A stretch of 64,000 nt of DNA from Macrostomum hystrix. Its lineage: Eukaryota; Animalia; Platyhelminthes. Under the pieces are notes generated by a model. That model saw only the letters and a program-made list of their open reading frames with translations. It was not told the origin of the DNA and did no database searches. Shown piece by piece: positions 28,701-40,700 of this stretch (positions within the stretch are counted from its first letter, which is position 1; each line of letters begins with the position of its first letter). Both the position numbers and the translations under genes were made by a program. Where the stretch lies: the NCBI GenBank assembly GCA_950097015.1, contig CATNEN010000005.1:5890001-5954000 (forward strand), read 5' to 3'.

Positions 28701-31700
28701 GATCTGGGATCTAGGATCTGGGATCTAGGATCTGGGATCTAGGATCTAGGATCTGGGATCTAGGATCTAGGATCTGGGATCTAGGATCTGGGATCTAGGA
28801 TCTGGGATCTAGGATCTGGGATCTAGGATCTGGGATCTAGGATCTGGGATCTGGGATCTAGGATCTGGGATCTAGGATCTGGGATCTGGGATCCTAGGAT
28901 CTAGGATCTGGGATCTAGGATCTGGGATCTAGGATCTGGGATCTAGGATCTGGGATCTGGGATCTAGGATCTGGGATCTAGGATCTGGGATCTGGGATCT
29001 GGGATCTGGGATCTAGGATCTGGGATCTGGGATCTGGGATCTAGGATCTGGGATCTGGGATCTGGGATCTAGGATCTGGGATCTGGGATCTGGGATCTAG
29101 GATCTGGGATCTAGGATCTGGGATCTAGGATCTGGGATCTAGGATCTGGGATCTGGGATCTAGGATCTGGGATCTAGGATCTGGGATCTAGGATCTGGGA
29201 TCTAGGATCTGGGATCTAGGATCTGGGATCTAGGATCTGGGATCTAGGATCTAGGATCTGGGATCTAGGATCTGGGATCTAAGATCTGGGATCTAGGATC
29301 TAGGATCTGGGTTTTTTTATGTAGAATTCAAGTATTTTAGGATATTTGAGTGATTTCATATAAAATAAAAGCACACTGAGAACATGCACTCACTCTGAGA
29401 AGAACCGGGTCTGCCGAGTCTGTGCCTGGCTGCCAAATCGTTCCTGATAAGAAGCGTAGCTGCGCGCCTTCACAGTCAGGCCGCCAACCTTCTCCTGCAG
29501 CTCCTTGATGGCTTCGACTGCGGTTCTCTCGGCTGTCGACCGGCTAAGGAACATCGGCTGGCTGACTTCCACTCTCAGGTCGGTGATCTCGCTGCGAATC
29601 TTGTTAATTAGGCTTTCTAAATCGGCACTAAATCTCTGAACGCTCTCCTCCTTCTTGGCTTCGTGGTACATGACGATGTTCTTCAGCCGCTGATAGCTGG
29701 GGCCCAGGGTCTTGTACAGGGCCATACTCTCCGCTTCCAGATGTACGGCAAAGTCTCTAGCGATAGTAAACATGCGGTTAACCACTAGAAATTCCTTCTC
29801 CATAGCTGGCAATTCCGCCGCAGTCTTGTTCAAGAATGTCAAATGATCGACGAAATGTTCCACATTATCCGGCGTGCTGTCCAGACGCTTGGACGCGTCG
29901 TGCACGTGATTCAGTAAGGCGACATTTCTCGCGTTCGCCTGCTGCGGTAGGATCTCGCTGATCTGGCTCAGGACTCGATTCGGATGCGGCAGGCAGGCTG
30001 ACGAGAAGTCGCCCGTGGACACGCTAACAAAATCGACCCGCTGCTCAGCCACCATCGCTTTCATAGCCGAAGCGTGCTCGCTGAAGGTCAACAAAGCCCG
30101 ATGAAAATCCTCCGTCTGCCAGGGTCGCTTGGCATTGGCTCTGTGCACATCCAGCTGCCTGGCTGTGTCCACCATTGCGCAGAAGTGAACAAACTGTCTA
30201 GCAAAGGCGGCCACATTGGCTTCGGATCGGTCAACAATGCGACGCAGGTCGGCAAGAGCGGCCTGGTGAGCGGTGTCGCCGTCGAAAAGCAGCTGCCGAT
30301 TGGGCCAAGTCATGTCGCTGCCGAGTGTTGCCACCGTCTCGTCGTCTTTCTCTTCGTCATCCCTGCTGCTGACATTGTTGACGTCGCCGGCTGCGGCAGA
30401 AACTGGCCGAGACAACGACTGTCGCCTGTCGTATTTTCGATAGTCGAAAACTCGAAGTCGGTCGCATTTGAGCATACTTGGCGCCTCCAGAGCACACTGC
30501 TCGGTTTGTGAGACGAGTTCAATTAGGCTGGTGCGCAGCTCGGCATGCTCCGGTCTGCTGATCGGCAGAGCCCTGAGACTCCTAGCGCTTGGTTCAGATT
30601 TCTCATTGTTGATGTCGCCTTTTGTCGAAGCTTTCTCGCCGTCTTCATCCTCGCTGCTATCCTCGTCGACGTCGCTGTCTTCTTCATCATCATCCTGAAT
30701 GTCATCGGCCGGATCGTTGTTCTCAGCGTCAGCGATGGTCGACGCGCCAACGCCGGCAAATGAAATTGACGACATCGAAGTTGTCGCCGTTGTTTCACGA
30801 CGTCGACGAAGTAGGTCAGCCGTTGGCGCGGTCAGCTCTGAAATGTAAATGCACTTTTGTGTTTGGCTACAAGATTGGAAACGAATATTTTACGCGATTC
30901 ACGCCCGTTAGGGCCCGACCCTGAGGCACAGTGAGAGTGTACACATATCTGTGAGTTCTTGCAGAATTGAGCGGTCGTTAGTTCGATTCTTAACCAGTGT
31001 TTCAGCTCAAAAAGCTGTAAAAATTAGTACTTATCAATAGTTTAGGTAGATATATCTGAGTTATCAATGAGTAAGAGCTAGGTGTAATAAATAATAATTA
31101 TTATTATTGATTACACCTGCCCCAATTGGGCCAGATGTGCATCCGATAGCACAGCCGCAGCTATTGCGCGGTGCATCTGAAGGCTGCCGCGTACAGCTGT
31201 TCAGTCCATGGACTGGGGGATGTCACACCCACCTTCAATTATCCCAGCTGATGCTGGCACTCATTAAACAGCTGGGACTTATTGAACTGAAGCAATGCAG
31301 AGTTGAGTGTCTTGTGTCAAGGGACACAAATTGTTCCAGTGGAGTCGGGAATCGAACCCCCGACCTTCAGTCCGTAAGTCTGACGCTCTAACAACAAGGC
31401 ATCAACCTCTCACAAGGCTACAACCTCTTAGGTGTAATAAAAAATATAAATAATTGCAAAATAATAGCGGGCAACGACGCATCATTTGGTGACACTAGAC
31501 CCACAGCCAGCGAGGAGGCAATTATGCCCATTTCCTGAGCACACACGCACACAGATATATACCGTACGCAGGCAGACGCTCACACAGGTGTGTACATCTA
31601 CCAAGACTTTCTCATCTTCAGGCAGTGTACACTCTCACTGTGCCTTGAAGGTTGGCCCTCAAGGGCGTAAATTGCACGACAAGCCCCCAAGCCTTCTCTC

Positions 31701-34700
31701 CGCGGCTACACTCACCCCCTCTAGGCTAGGTGTACTATTTTTCGCGCAATCACTTACTATCTCCAACCAGTCGAGCGTCAGATGCAGCAGCAGCAGCAGC
31801 GGCAGCAGCAGCAGCGGCGGCATCCACGAAGTCCAGCTGAAGTCGCAGTCTGAGTGCCGCCTCAGGCGGACGAGTCACCGATCGTTGAGCCTTCAAAGCG
31901 GCCAGCACAGCGTCCGGATCTGGCAGTTCGCGACTCTCCGGCTGACGCTCGAAGTCGAATCGCGGATATTCGTCGCTTTCGGATGACGTCACTTGACCAG
32001 CCTGTCGCCTGTCATTGGCAGCAGTCTTGCCGGCGTCAGTGTCGCTGTCCGCATCGCCGACTGTGTTCTGAGTCATCAGCCGGCGCTTCTCGGCTTCCGC
32101 CGCCAGACGTTCGCCTTCAATGTAAGACGCGTTAAGGAAGTCAACTAGTCGGCGAATATCGCGAAGCACCAGTCGGTGCAGCAGGTCCATCATCTGGCAG
32201 TCGAGAAGGCGCATAAACTCGCACAGGCGACGCAGAATTTTCTTCCACTGGCCGCGCTCCGCGTACGACGGCGCGCCAGCGGGCGGTCGGCGTGGCGAAG
32301 TAGACGCTGGCAGCGCGAGGTCGGCGACTCGCTCGGCGGACAGTCGAACTGGCCTAGCCCCCGGATCGCGGATGCCGGAGGTGATACCTTCCATCTCGGC
32401 GACAACCGCGCACGACTCGTAAGCCAAATCGATGATTGTCTGGCGAAGCGTCGTCAAGGCTTTGGCACCGACGCGGCGTTGAACAGATTGACGCGATAGG
32501 AACTCGTCGAGAGGCAGCGGCTCGCTCGGGTCCAGTACCAGCAGGGCGATGCCGGAAGACACTGACGAGGACGACGATCTGGGACAGGCGGCTTCGCACA
32601 GCTGTTGAACATGCGACAGGCAGCCCTGAAGGACTTCGTTGGCGGCATAGAGCTGCTTGGTCAGGAAGAGGCTGAAATATTCATTAAAATAGTGAGCGTG
32701 ATGTTAAATGAGCACTTTATTATTATCAAATAATAATAAATGTGCAATTGGTGAATCAGTTTTGCGACAGTCGACACGCAGCCAGCAAAAATATAATACA
32801 ATTCTGTCTATTCTGCTTAATTTCTCATCGCCAGGCAGTGTACACTATCACTGTGCCATGGAGGTTAATTATAAAGGGCGTAAATTGCACTTTTCTTTGA
32901 AGGAACTAGCCCCACCGCGGATTCGAACTCGGGGGTGTACTGGCGATTACCGCTTCACCACTTATCGCCAGTACATTGGAATTTATTAACAGTTGAAATA
33001 CCACCGGTGGGTATCTCCCAACACGGGCTAAAGTATTCTGCTCTATCCGATGAAACAGCTTTCGAGATATTCAACGATTCTCGTCGAAGCGTCCGGTGGC
33101 AGAAACCACGAAACCACGACATAATTTTTCTGCTCACAAAATTTCATAATGTAGCCATGTCGGCTATCATTGTTGACTATTTTGTATTGATTAAATATGG
33201 ATTCGCCATTGAGGCTCATGCAGTTAGTTGTTAGTTGTCCTTGCTTTCGCGTTGCGAAACTTGCAGGTCTGGCGTGGATGAATGCCACCGCAGCTATCAC
33301 AGCTGCCCGCAGTGGATGATGTAGCTCCAAGCGAGACCTTCTGCTTGTCGACGCGTTGTCTCCAAGCTGGTCCAGTCGAACCCGAAGTTGTGACTCTGTT
33401 GGTGGCAGGAGGGCGCGCCATCTCGCTGGAGTATTTGAGAGCCGACTCGAGGTCAGTGGCCAGCTTGATCATTCCGCTGTACGAATGTTCGGAGCTCTCC
33501 AAGAGCTTGGCGCGGAGGGTGTCGCTCTGCATGCCGAATAGAAACTGATCTCGGAGTCGCTCTTCCAAAGACGCGCCGAATTTGCAGTGGGCTGATGCGG
33601 ACTTGAGCCCTGCTAGGAAGTCACCAAAGGACTCTTCCTCGTGCTGGAGTCGGCGTTGAAACTTGAAACTTGCCACAATCTCTGACGGTGCTGGAGAGCA
33701 GTGGTTCTGGAGAGATTCTTGCAGCACCTCGTAGGATAGGTCCGTCAATTTTTTGGTTGGCACAGATCTCGAAAAAGCTTGTAGTATTTCTCGCCGATAG
33801 CCATGAGAAAAGTAGCACGCTTGGCTTCGGAAGTCTCGATCTTGTTGCATATGAAGTATTGCTCCATTCTTTCCACGTAGATTTCTAGGAAACCGCTTAT
33901 TTGATTGAAATCATTTTTCCGACCCAAGCATACATGTTGACTGTTATACATAAAAGTACACTCGATTGAGCCACAAAATTCGAAATAAATGACGAGACCC
34001 GCTGACATTTCGTCATTTTCAAAAGTTATTAGAAAGCATCACTTTTCTTGTCTCCAAGTGGCGTCATGAACCAATCTAAAGACGTGCCGCGGAATATATT
34101 ATTTTGAAAATGTCTCTAACCAATCATTGGTATTGGCAGGCAACATAGCGCTAGCATAGCAACAAAAGCTTAAACTGCTAAAATATATTTGCAGCAAAGT
34201 CACGCAAAACGGCTGGACTCTTTAGAACAAAGACTTTAGCCATTTCCTTATCCGAAAACGATTCAAGTCAGTGATGTTTGAAGGTGCCCTTCTGAGTCGC
34301 AGTCTGCATCGAAATGGCAGCTCCTGCGAGTTAATCCGCACTCTAATCAATGCCAGCGGTGCAAAGCCTGGCAGGCCGTTGACTAAGTCCTGCGACTATA
34401 TGGACATCAGAATGTCTATGGCCCTACTACCGGTGTCCACAATGGCTCTGCTGGTCACACTGGCCACTTTGATTGTATTTCTGCGAGCACCCAGGCGTAG
34501 AGCTACTGATTTTAGTTGCTCATTGGTAGCGCTAACTGCTACACTATGCCTATACATTGTGTGCGCCAATTTGGACTTTATTAATGTGCTCAGCGGAGCG
34601 TGCTTGTATTGGTCCGATCCGGATGCTCATCAGCAGGTAAATAATTGACGTCATGGTGACACAAACAAACCAGACTTAAAAAAAGGGACCTAATAAAAAC

Positions 34701-37700
34701 TTCGCCTTAACCTATTTGGGCTAGATATTAAGACAATCGCATAACTGTTTACATAGAATTGATACCTTGAGTACTTTAATTGATACCTTCAGTGCTCTAA
34801 CTGATACCTTCAGTACTCTAATTGATACCTTCAGTGCTCTAACTGATACCTTCAGTACTCTAATTGATACCTTCAGTGCTCGAACTGATACCTTCAGTGC
34901 TCTAACTGATACCTTCAGTGCTCTAACTGATACCTTCAGTGCTCTAACTGATACCTTCAGTGCTCTAATTGATACCTTCATAACTCTAATTGATACCTTC
35001 ATAACTCTAATTGATACCTTCATTACTCTAATTGATATCTTCAGTGCTCTAATTGATACATTCATTACTCTAATTGATACCTTCATAACTCTAATTGATA
35101 CCTTCATTACTCTAATTGATACCTTCATTACTCTAATTGATACCTTCATTACTCTAACGGATACCTTCATTACTCTAATTGATACCTTCATTACTCTAAT
35201 TGATACCTTCAGTACTCTAATTGATACCTTCATTACTCTAATTGATAACTTCATTACTCTAATTGATACCCTAATGGCTCTGATTGATACATTCAGTGCT
35301 TTAATTCATACTATCAGTGCTCTAATTTATACCTTCACTACTTTAATTAACATCTTATGTTTGAGGACTGGAAAGGCCACTAAAGCCACAACATTTTCAA
35401 ACTCAGCTAAATGCTGGGACCCATCTAACAATTTTTTCGATAGTTGAAGATTCGAACTACCGACTTCTCAGCCAGAACTCCTAAGCTTAGAGTTAAAGTA
35501 CTGGGTTATGAATTTTTACATTTTTTATTTCTAAGAAAGCTCGTTAAATATCTACGCGAACTTGTTTTAAACAGGTCTTTCTAGCCGGCATAGTCTGTTG
35601 CCTAGGCGACAGTTTTCTAAGCCTTAGAAACTGGTGCAATGTACTTCTAACCGCTCAACGCACGGAAGCTCTGGCGCGACCATTGCGAGCTAGAAAACTG
35701 CTCAGGCGGCGAGTGTTTCTGATCTGCCTAGCCGTGTCGTGGATTATCGGCCTAGGCCTAAGCATAATTCGCTCACTAGCCGAAGTTTTTGTAGTCTGTG
35801 ACGGAGATGCCGCCAATGTCTATGGCCATATCGGACTGCCTGATCAGCTAGCAGGACGACTCCGACAAGATTTCAACTCAACAACCAACCAATGGAGCCC
35901 CTTCAGTCTTCTAATGAATTATTCGTGGTTTAAATCGTTTGAAGTCTACGGATATTTTCTATACCAAACCGCCGCGCCTGTTGCCCTTGTTTTAGCATTT
36001 ACCGTTGCTATGGTAACCACAATGATGCGACGCAGAAGAGAGCAACACAACGACGGCAGTTTAAACAATCGACAGCACAATGGTTGGAGAAATCGTTTAA
36101 ATGCTAGCCGGACAGTTCTATGCATGGCTATTGTGTTCACGGTGTTGCACACCCCAGCATTTGTTGGCACAGTGTTACAAAACTTTTATCCAACAGCATT
36201 TGATGTAGCCAGTCCGGGCGGTAAAGCTTTTCAATTCTGTGTTGAACTGTGCGTCCTATTGGATTCAGTGTGCAATCTGTGCGTCTATGCCAGATTTGTA
36301 CCCGAGTTTCGACAGGCCTGCGCGGGCAGACTGCGGCAACGACGTACAGAGGCCGGAACCCAGAGGACTACTCAGAGACTGCATCTGCGCACTATGACCA
36401 GAGATTGATTTGAGACACGCTAGAATTGATCACTTACTTTTTAAAGAGCATGTCTTTTATTGATCTTAAGTACTCTATCTTGAGTACTCCTACTGATACC
36501 AAGAGGCTTTTGAGTATTTAGATTGATATACTCAGGCTTTCGAGTATTTAGATTGATAAATTCAGGCTTTTGAGTATTTAGATTGATACCTTCAGGCTTT
36601 CGAGTATTTATATTGATCTTCAGGCTTTTGAGTATTTAGATTGATAAATTCAGGCTTTTGAGTATTTAGATTGATACCTTCAGGCTTTTGAGTATTTAGA
36701 TTGATAAATTCAGGCTTTTGAGTATTTAGATTGGTACATTCAGGCTTTTGAGTATTTAGATTGATAAATTCAGGCTTTTGAGTATTTAGATTGATACCTT
36801 CAGGCTTTTGAGTATTTAGATTGATAAATTCAGGCTTTTGAGTATTTAGATTGATACCTTCAGGCTTTTGAGTATTTAGATTGATACCTTCAGGCTTTTG
36901 AGTATTTAGATTGATAAATTCAGGCTTTTGAGTATTTAGATTGATAAATTCAGGCTTTTGAGTATTTAGATTGATACCTTCAGGCTTTTGAGTATTTAGA
37001 TTGATAAATTCAGGCTTTTGAGTATTTAGATTGATAAATTCAGGCTTTTGAGTATTTAGATTGATAAATTCAGGCTTTTGAGTATTTAGATTGATACCTT
37101 CAGGCTTTTGAGTATTTAGATTGATAAATTCAGGCTTTTGAGTATTTAGATTGATACATTCAGGCTTTTGAGTATTTAGATTGATAAATTCAGGCTTTTG
37201 AGTATTTAGATTGGTACATTCAGGCTTTTGAGTATTTAGATTGATAAATTCAGGCTTTCGAGTATTTAGATTGATACCTTCAGGCTTTCGAGTATTTATA
37301 TTGATCTTCAGGCTTTTGAGTATTTAGATTGATAAATTCAGGCTTTTGAGTATTTAGATTGATACCTTCAGGCTTTTGAGTATTTAGATTGATAAATTCA
37401 GGCTTTTGAGTATTTAGATTGATACATTCAGGCTTTCGAGTATTTAGATTGATACCTTCAGGCTTTCGAGTATTTATATTGATCTTCAGGCTTTTGAGTA
37501 TTTAGATTGATAAATTCAGGCTTTTGAGTATTTAGATTGGTACATTCAGGCTCTTGAGTATTTAGATTGATACATTCAGGCTTTTGAGTATTTAGATTGA
37601 TAAATTCAGGCTTTTGAGTATTTAGATTGATACCTTCAGGCTTTTGAGTATTTAGATTGATACATTCAGGCTTTTGAGTATTTAGATTGATACATTCAGG

Positions 37701-40700
37701 CTTTTGATTATTTAGATTGATACATTCAGGCTTTTGAGTATTTAGATTGATACATTCAGGCTCTTGAGTATTTAGATTGATAAATTCAGGCTTTTGAGTA
37801 TTTAGATTGATACCTTCAGGCTTTTGAGTATTTAGATTGATAAATTCAGGCTTTTGAGTATTTAGATTGATACATTCAGGCTTTCGAGTATTTAGATTGA
37901 TACCTTCAGGCTTTCGAGTATTTATATTGATCTTCAGGCTTTTGAGTATTTAGATTGATAAATTCAGGCTTTTGAGTATTTAGATTGGTACATTCAGGCT
38001 CTTGAGTATTTAGATTGATAAATTCAGGCTTTTGAGTATTTAGATTGATACCTTCAGGCTTTTGAGTATTTAGATTGATACATTCAGGCTTTTGAGTATT
38101 TAGATTGATACATTCAGGCTTTCGAGTATTTAGATTGATACCTTCAGGCTTTCGAGTATTTATATTGATCTTCAGGCTTTTGAGTATTTAGATTGATAAA
38201 TTCAGGCTTTTGAGTATTTAGATTGATACATTCAGGCTTTTGAGTATTTAGATTGATAAATTCAGGCTTTTGAGTATTTAGATTGATACCTTCAGGCTTT
38301 TGAGTATTTAGATTGATACATTCAGGCTTTTGAGTATTTAGATTGATACATTCAGGCTTTTGATTATTTAGATTGATACATTCAGGCTTTTGAGTATTTA
38401 GATTGATACATTCAGGCTCTTGAGTATTTAGATTGATACATTCAGGCTTTTGAGTATTTAGATTGATACATTCAGGCTCTTGAGTATTTAGATTGATACC
38501 TTCAGGCTCTTGAGTATTTAGATTGATACATTCAGGCTCTTGAGTATTTAGATTGATAAACTCAGGCTCTTGAGTATTTAGATTGATACATTCAGGCTTT
38601 TGAGTATTTAGATTGATAAACTCAGGCTCTTGAGTATTTAGATTGATACATTCAGGCTTTTGAGTATTTAGATTGATACATTCAGGCTTTCGAGTATTTA
38701 TATTGATACATTCAGGCTTTTGAGTATTTAGATTGATAAACTCAGGCTCTTGAGTATTTAGATTGATACATTCAGGCTTTTGAGTATTTAGATTGATACA
38801 TTCAGGCTCTTGAGTATTTAGATTGATACATTCAGGCTTTTGAGTATTTAGATTGATAAACTCAGGCTCTTGAGTATTTAGATTGATACATTCAGGCTTT
38901 TGAGTATTTAGATTGATACATTCAGGCTCTTGAGTATTTAGATTGATACATTCAGGCTTTTGAGTATTTAGATTGATACCTTCAGGCTTTTGAGTATTTA
39001 GATTGATACATTCAGGCTCTTGAGTATTTAGATTGATACATTCAGGCTTTTGAGTATTTAGATTGATAAACTCAGGCTCTTGAGTATTTAGATTGATACA
39101 TTCAGGCTCTTGAGTATTTAGATTGATACATTCAGGCTTTTGAGTATTTAGATTGATACATTCAGGCTCTTGAGTATTTAGATTGATACATTCAGGCTTT
39201 TGAGTATTTAGATTGATAAACTCAGGCTCTTGAGTATTTAGATTGATACATTCAGGCTTTTGAGTATTTAGATTGATACATTCAGGCTCTTGAGTATTTA
39301 GATTGATACATTCAGGCTTTTGAGTATTTAGATTGATACCTTCAGGCTTTTGAGTATTTAGATTGATACCTTCAGGCTTTTGAGTATTTAGATTGATACA
39401 TTCAGGCTTTTGAGTATTTAGATTGATAAACTCAGGCTCTTGAGTATTTAGATTGATACCTTCAGGCTCTTGAGTACTTTGATTGATAAAACTTAACTAT
39501 GTTCTTAAAGGCTTAAATCTAAACTGTAGGCTTCGTTGTTGAAATCCGACTATGCCAGAATAAAATTATTCTAAAAAGGCACGTTCAAACACGATTTCTA
39601 GCCAACTAAAACACAGGCAAGCCATACTCAAACTAGGAAGCAATTTTTCCCGTTTCGTGGGGCCGGCCAAGTCCCAGAGAGGATGTACGTGTTAAAGCAA
39701 ATTAACCATCGAATAAATGAAGGAGGAAAGGCGGGTGGGAAGAAAAAACTGGCAGCTTTGAGCAAACAAATATTTCTCAAGACGTTTAACTTTTTCTTCT
39801 CGTGAACTCAGTTAGGGGATGGTAATTTTCGCGTTGCAGAACTCTCTTGGTTGGAGGACGGGAAAAAAACTTTTTTTCAGCCGTAGAAAACACACACGCA
39901 CACACATGCACACACCGACTGTAATTAATGAAGTCATACTGATTCATAAAAAATGCCGTACAAGAACACGATCGAGGGATTCATTAGCTCCTAATTACTT
40001 TCTATCGTTTTCTATTAATATATATATCCCTCTTCATTCTGCATTATTCTTAATCGTTCTCTATGGCTCTCTATTAAATCACTATCGCTCTCTATCGTTC
40101 TCTATCGTTCTCTATCGTTCTCTATGGCTCTCTATTAATTCACTATCGCTCTCTATCGTTCTCTATCGTTCTCTATCGTTCTCTATCGCTCTCTATCGTT
40201 CTTTATCGTTCTCTATGGCTCTCTATTAATTCACTATCGCTCTCTATCGTTCTCTATCGCTCCCTATCGTTCTCTATCGCTCTCTATCGTTCTCTATCGT
40301 TCTCTATCGCTCTCTATCGTTCTCTATCGCTCCCTATCGTTCACTATCGCTCTCTATCGTTCTTTATCGTTCTCTATAGCTCTCTATTAAATCACTATCG
40401 CTCTCTATCGTTCTCTATCGTTCTCTATCGTTCTCTATGGCTCTCTATTAATTCACTATCGCTCTCTATCGTTCTCTATCGTTCTCTATCGTTCTCTATC
40501 GCTCTCTATCGTTCTTTATCGTTCTCTATGGCTCTCTATTAATTCACTATCGCTCTCTATCGTTCTCTATCGCTCCCTATCGTTCCCTATCGTTCTCTAT
40601 CGTTCTCTATCGTTCTCTATCGCTCTCTATCGTTCTCTATCGCTCCCTATCGTTCACTATCGCTCTCTATCGTTCTCTATCGCTCCCTATCGTTCCCTAT

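Noticed and set aside
495-32675. Numerous 60-190 aa plus-strand and off-frame ORFs overlapping dynein exons
   Set aside because: They are antisense or alternate-frame shadows of GC-rich coding sequence.
35597-35610. X-box GTTGCCTAGGCGAC
   Set aside because: It lies in GPCR coding sequence (CCLGD), so chance or coding constraint is sufficient.
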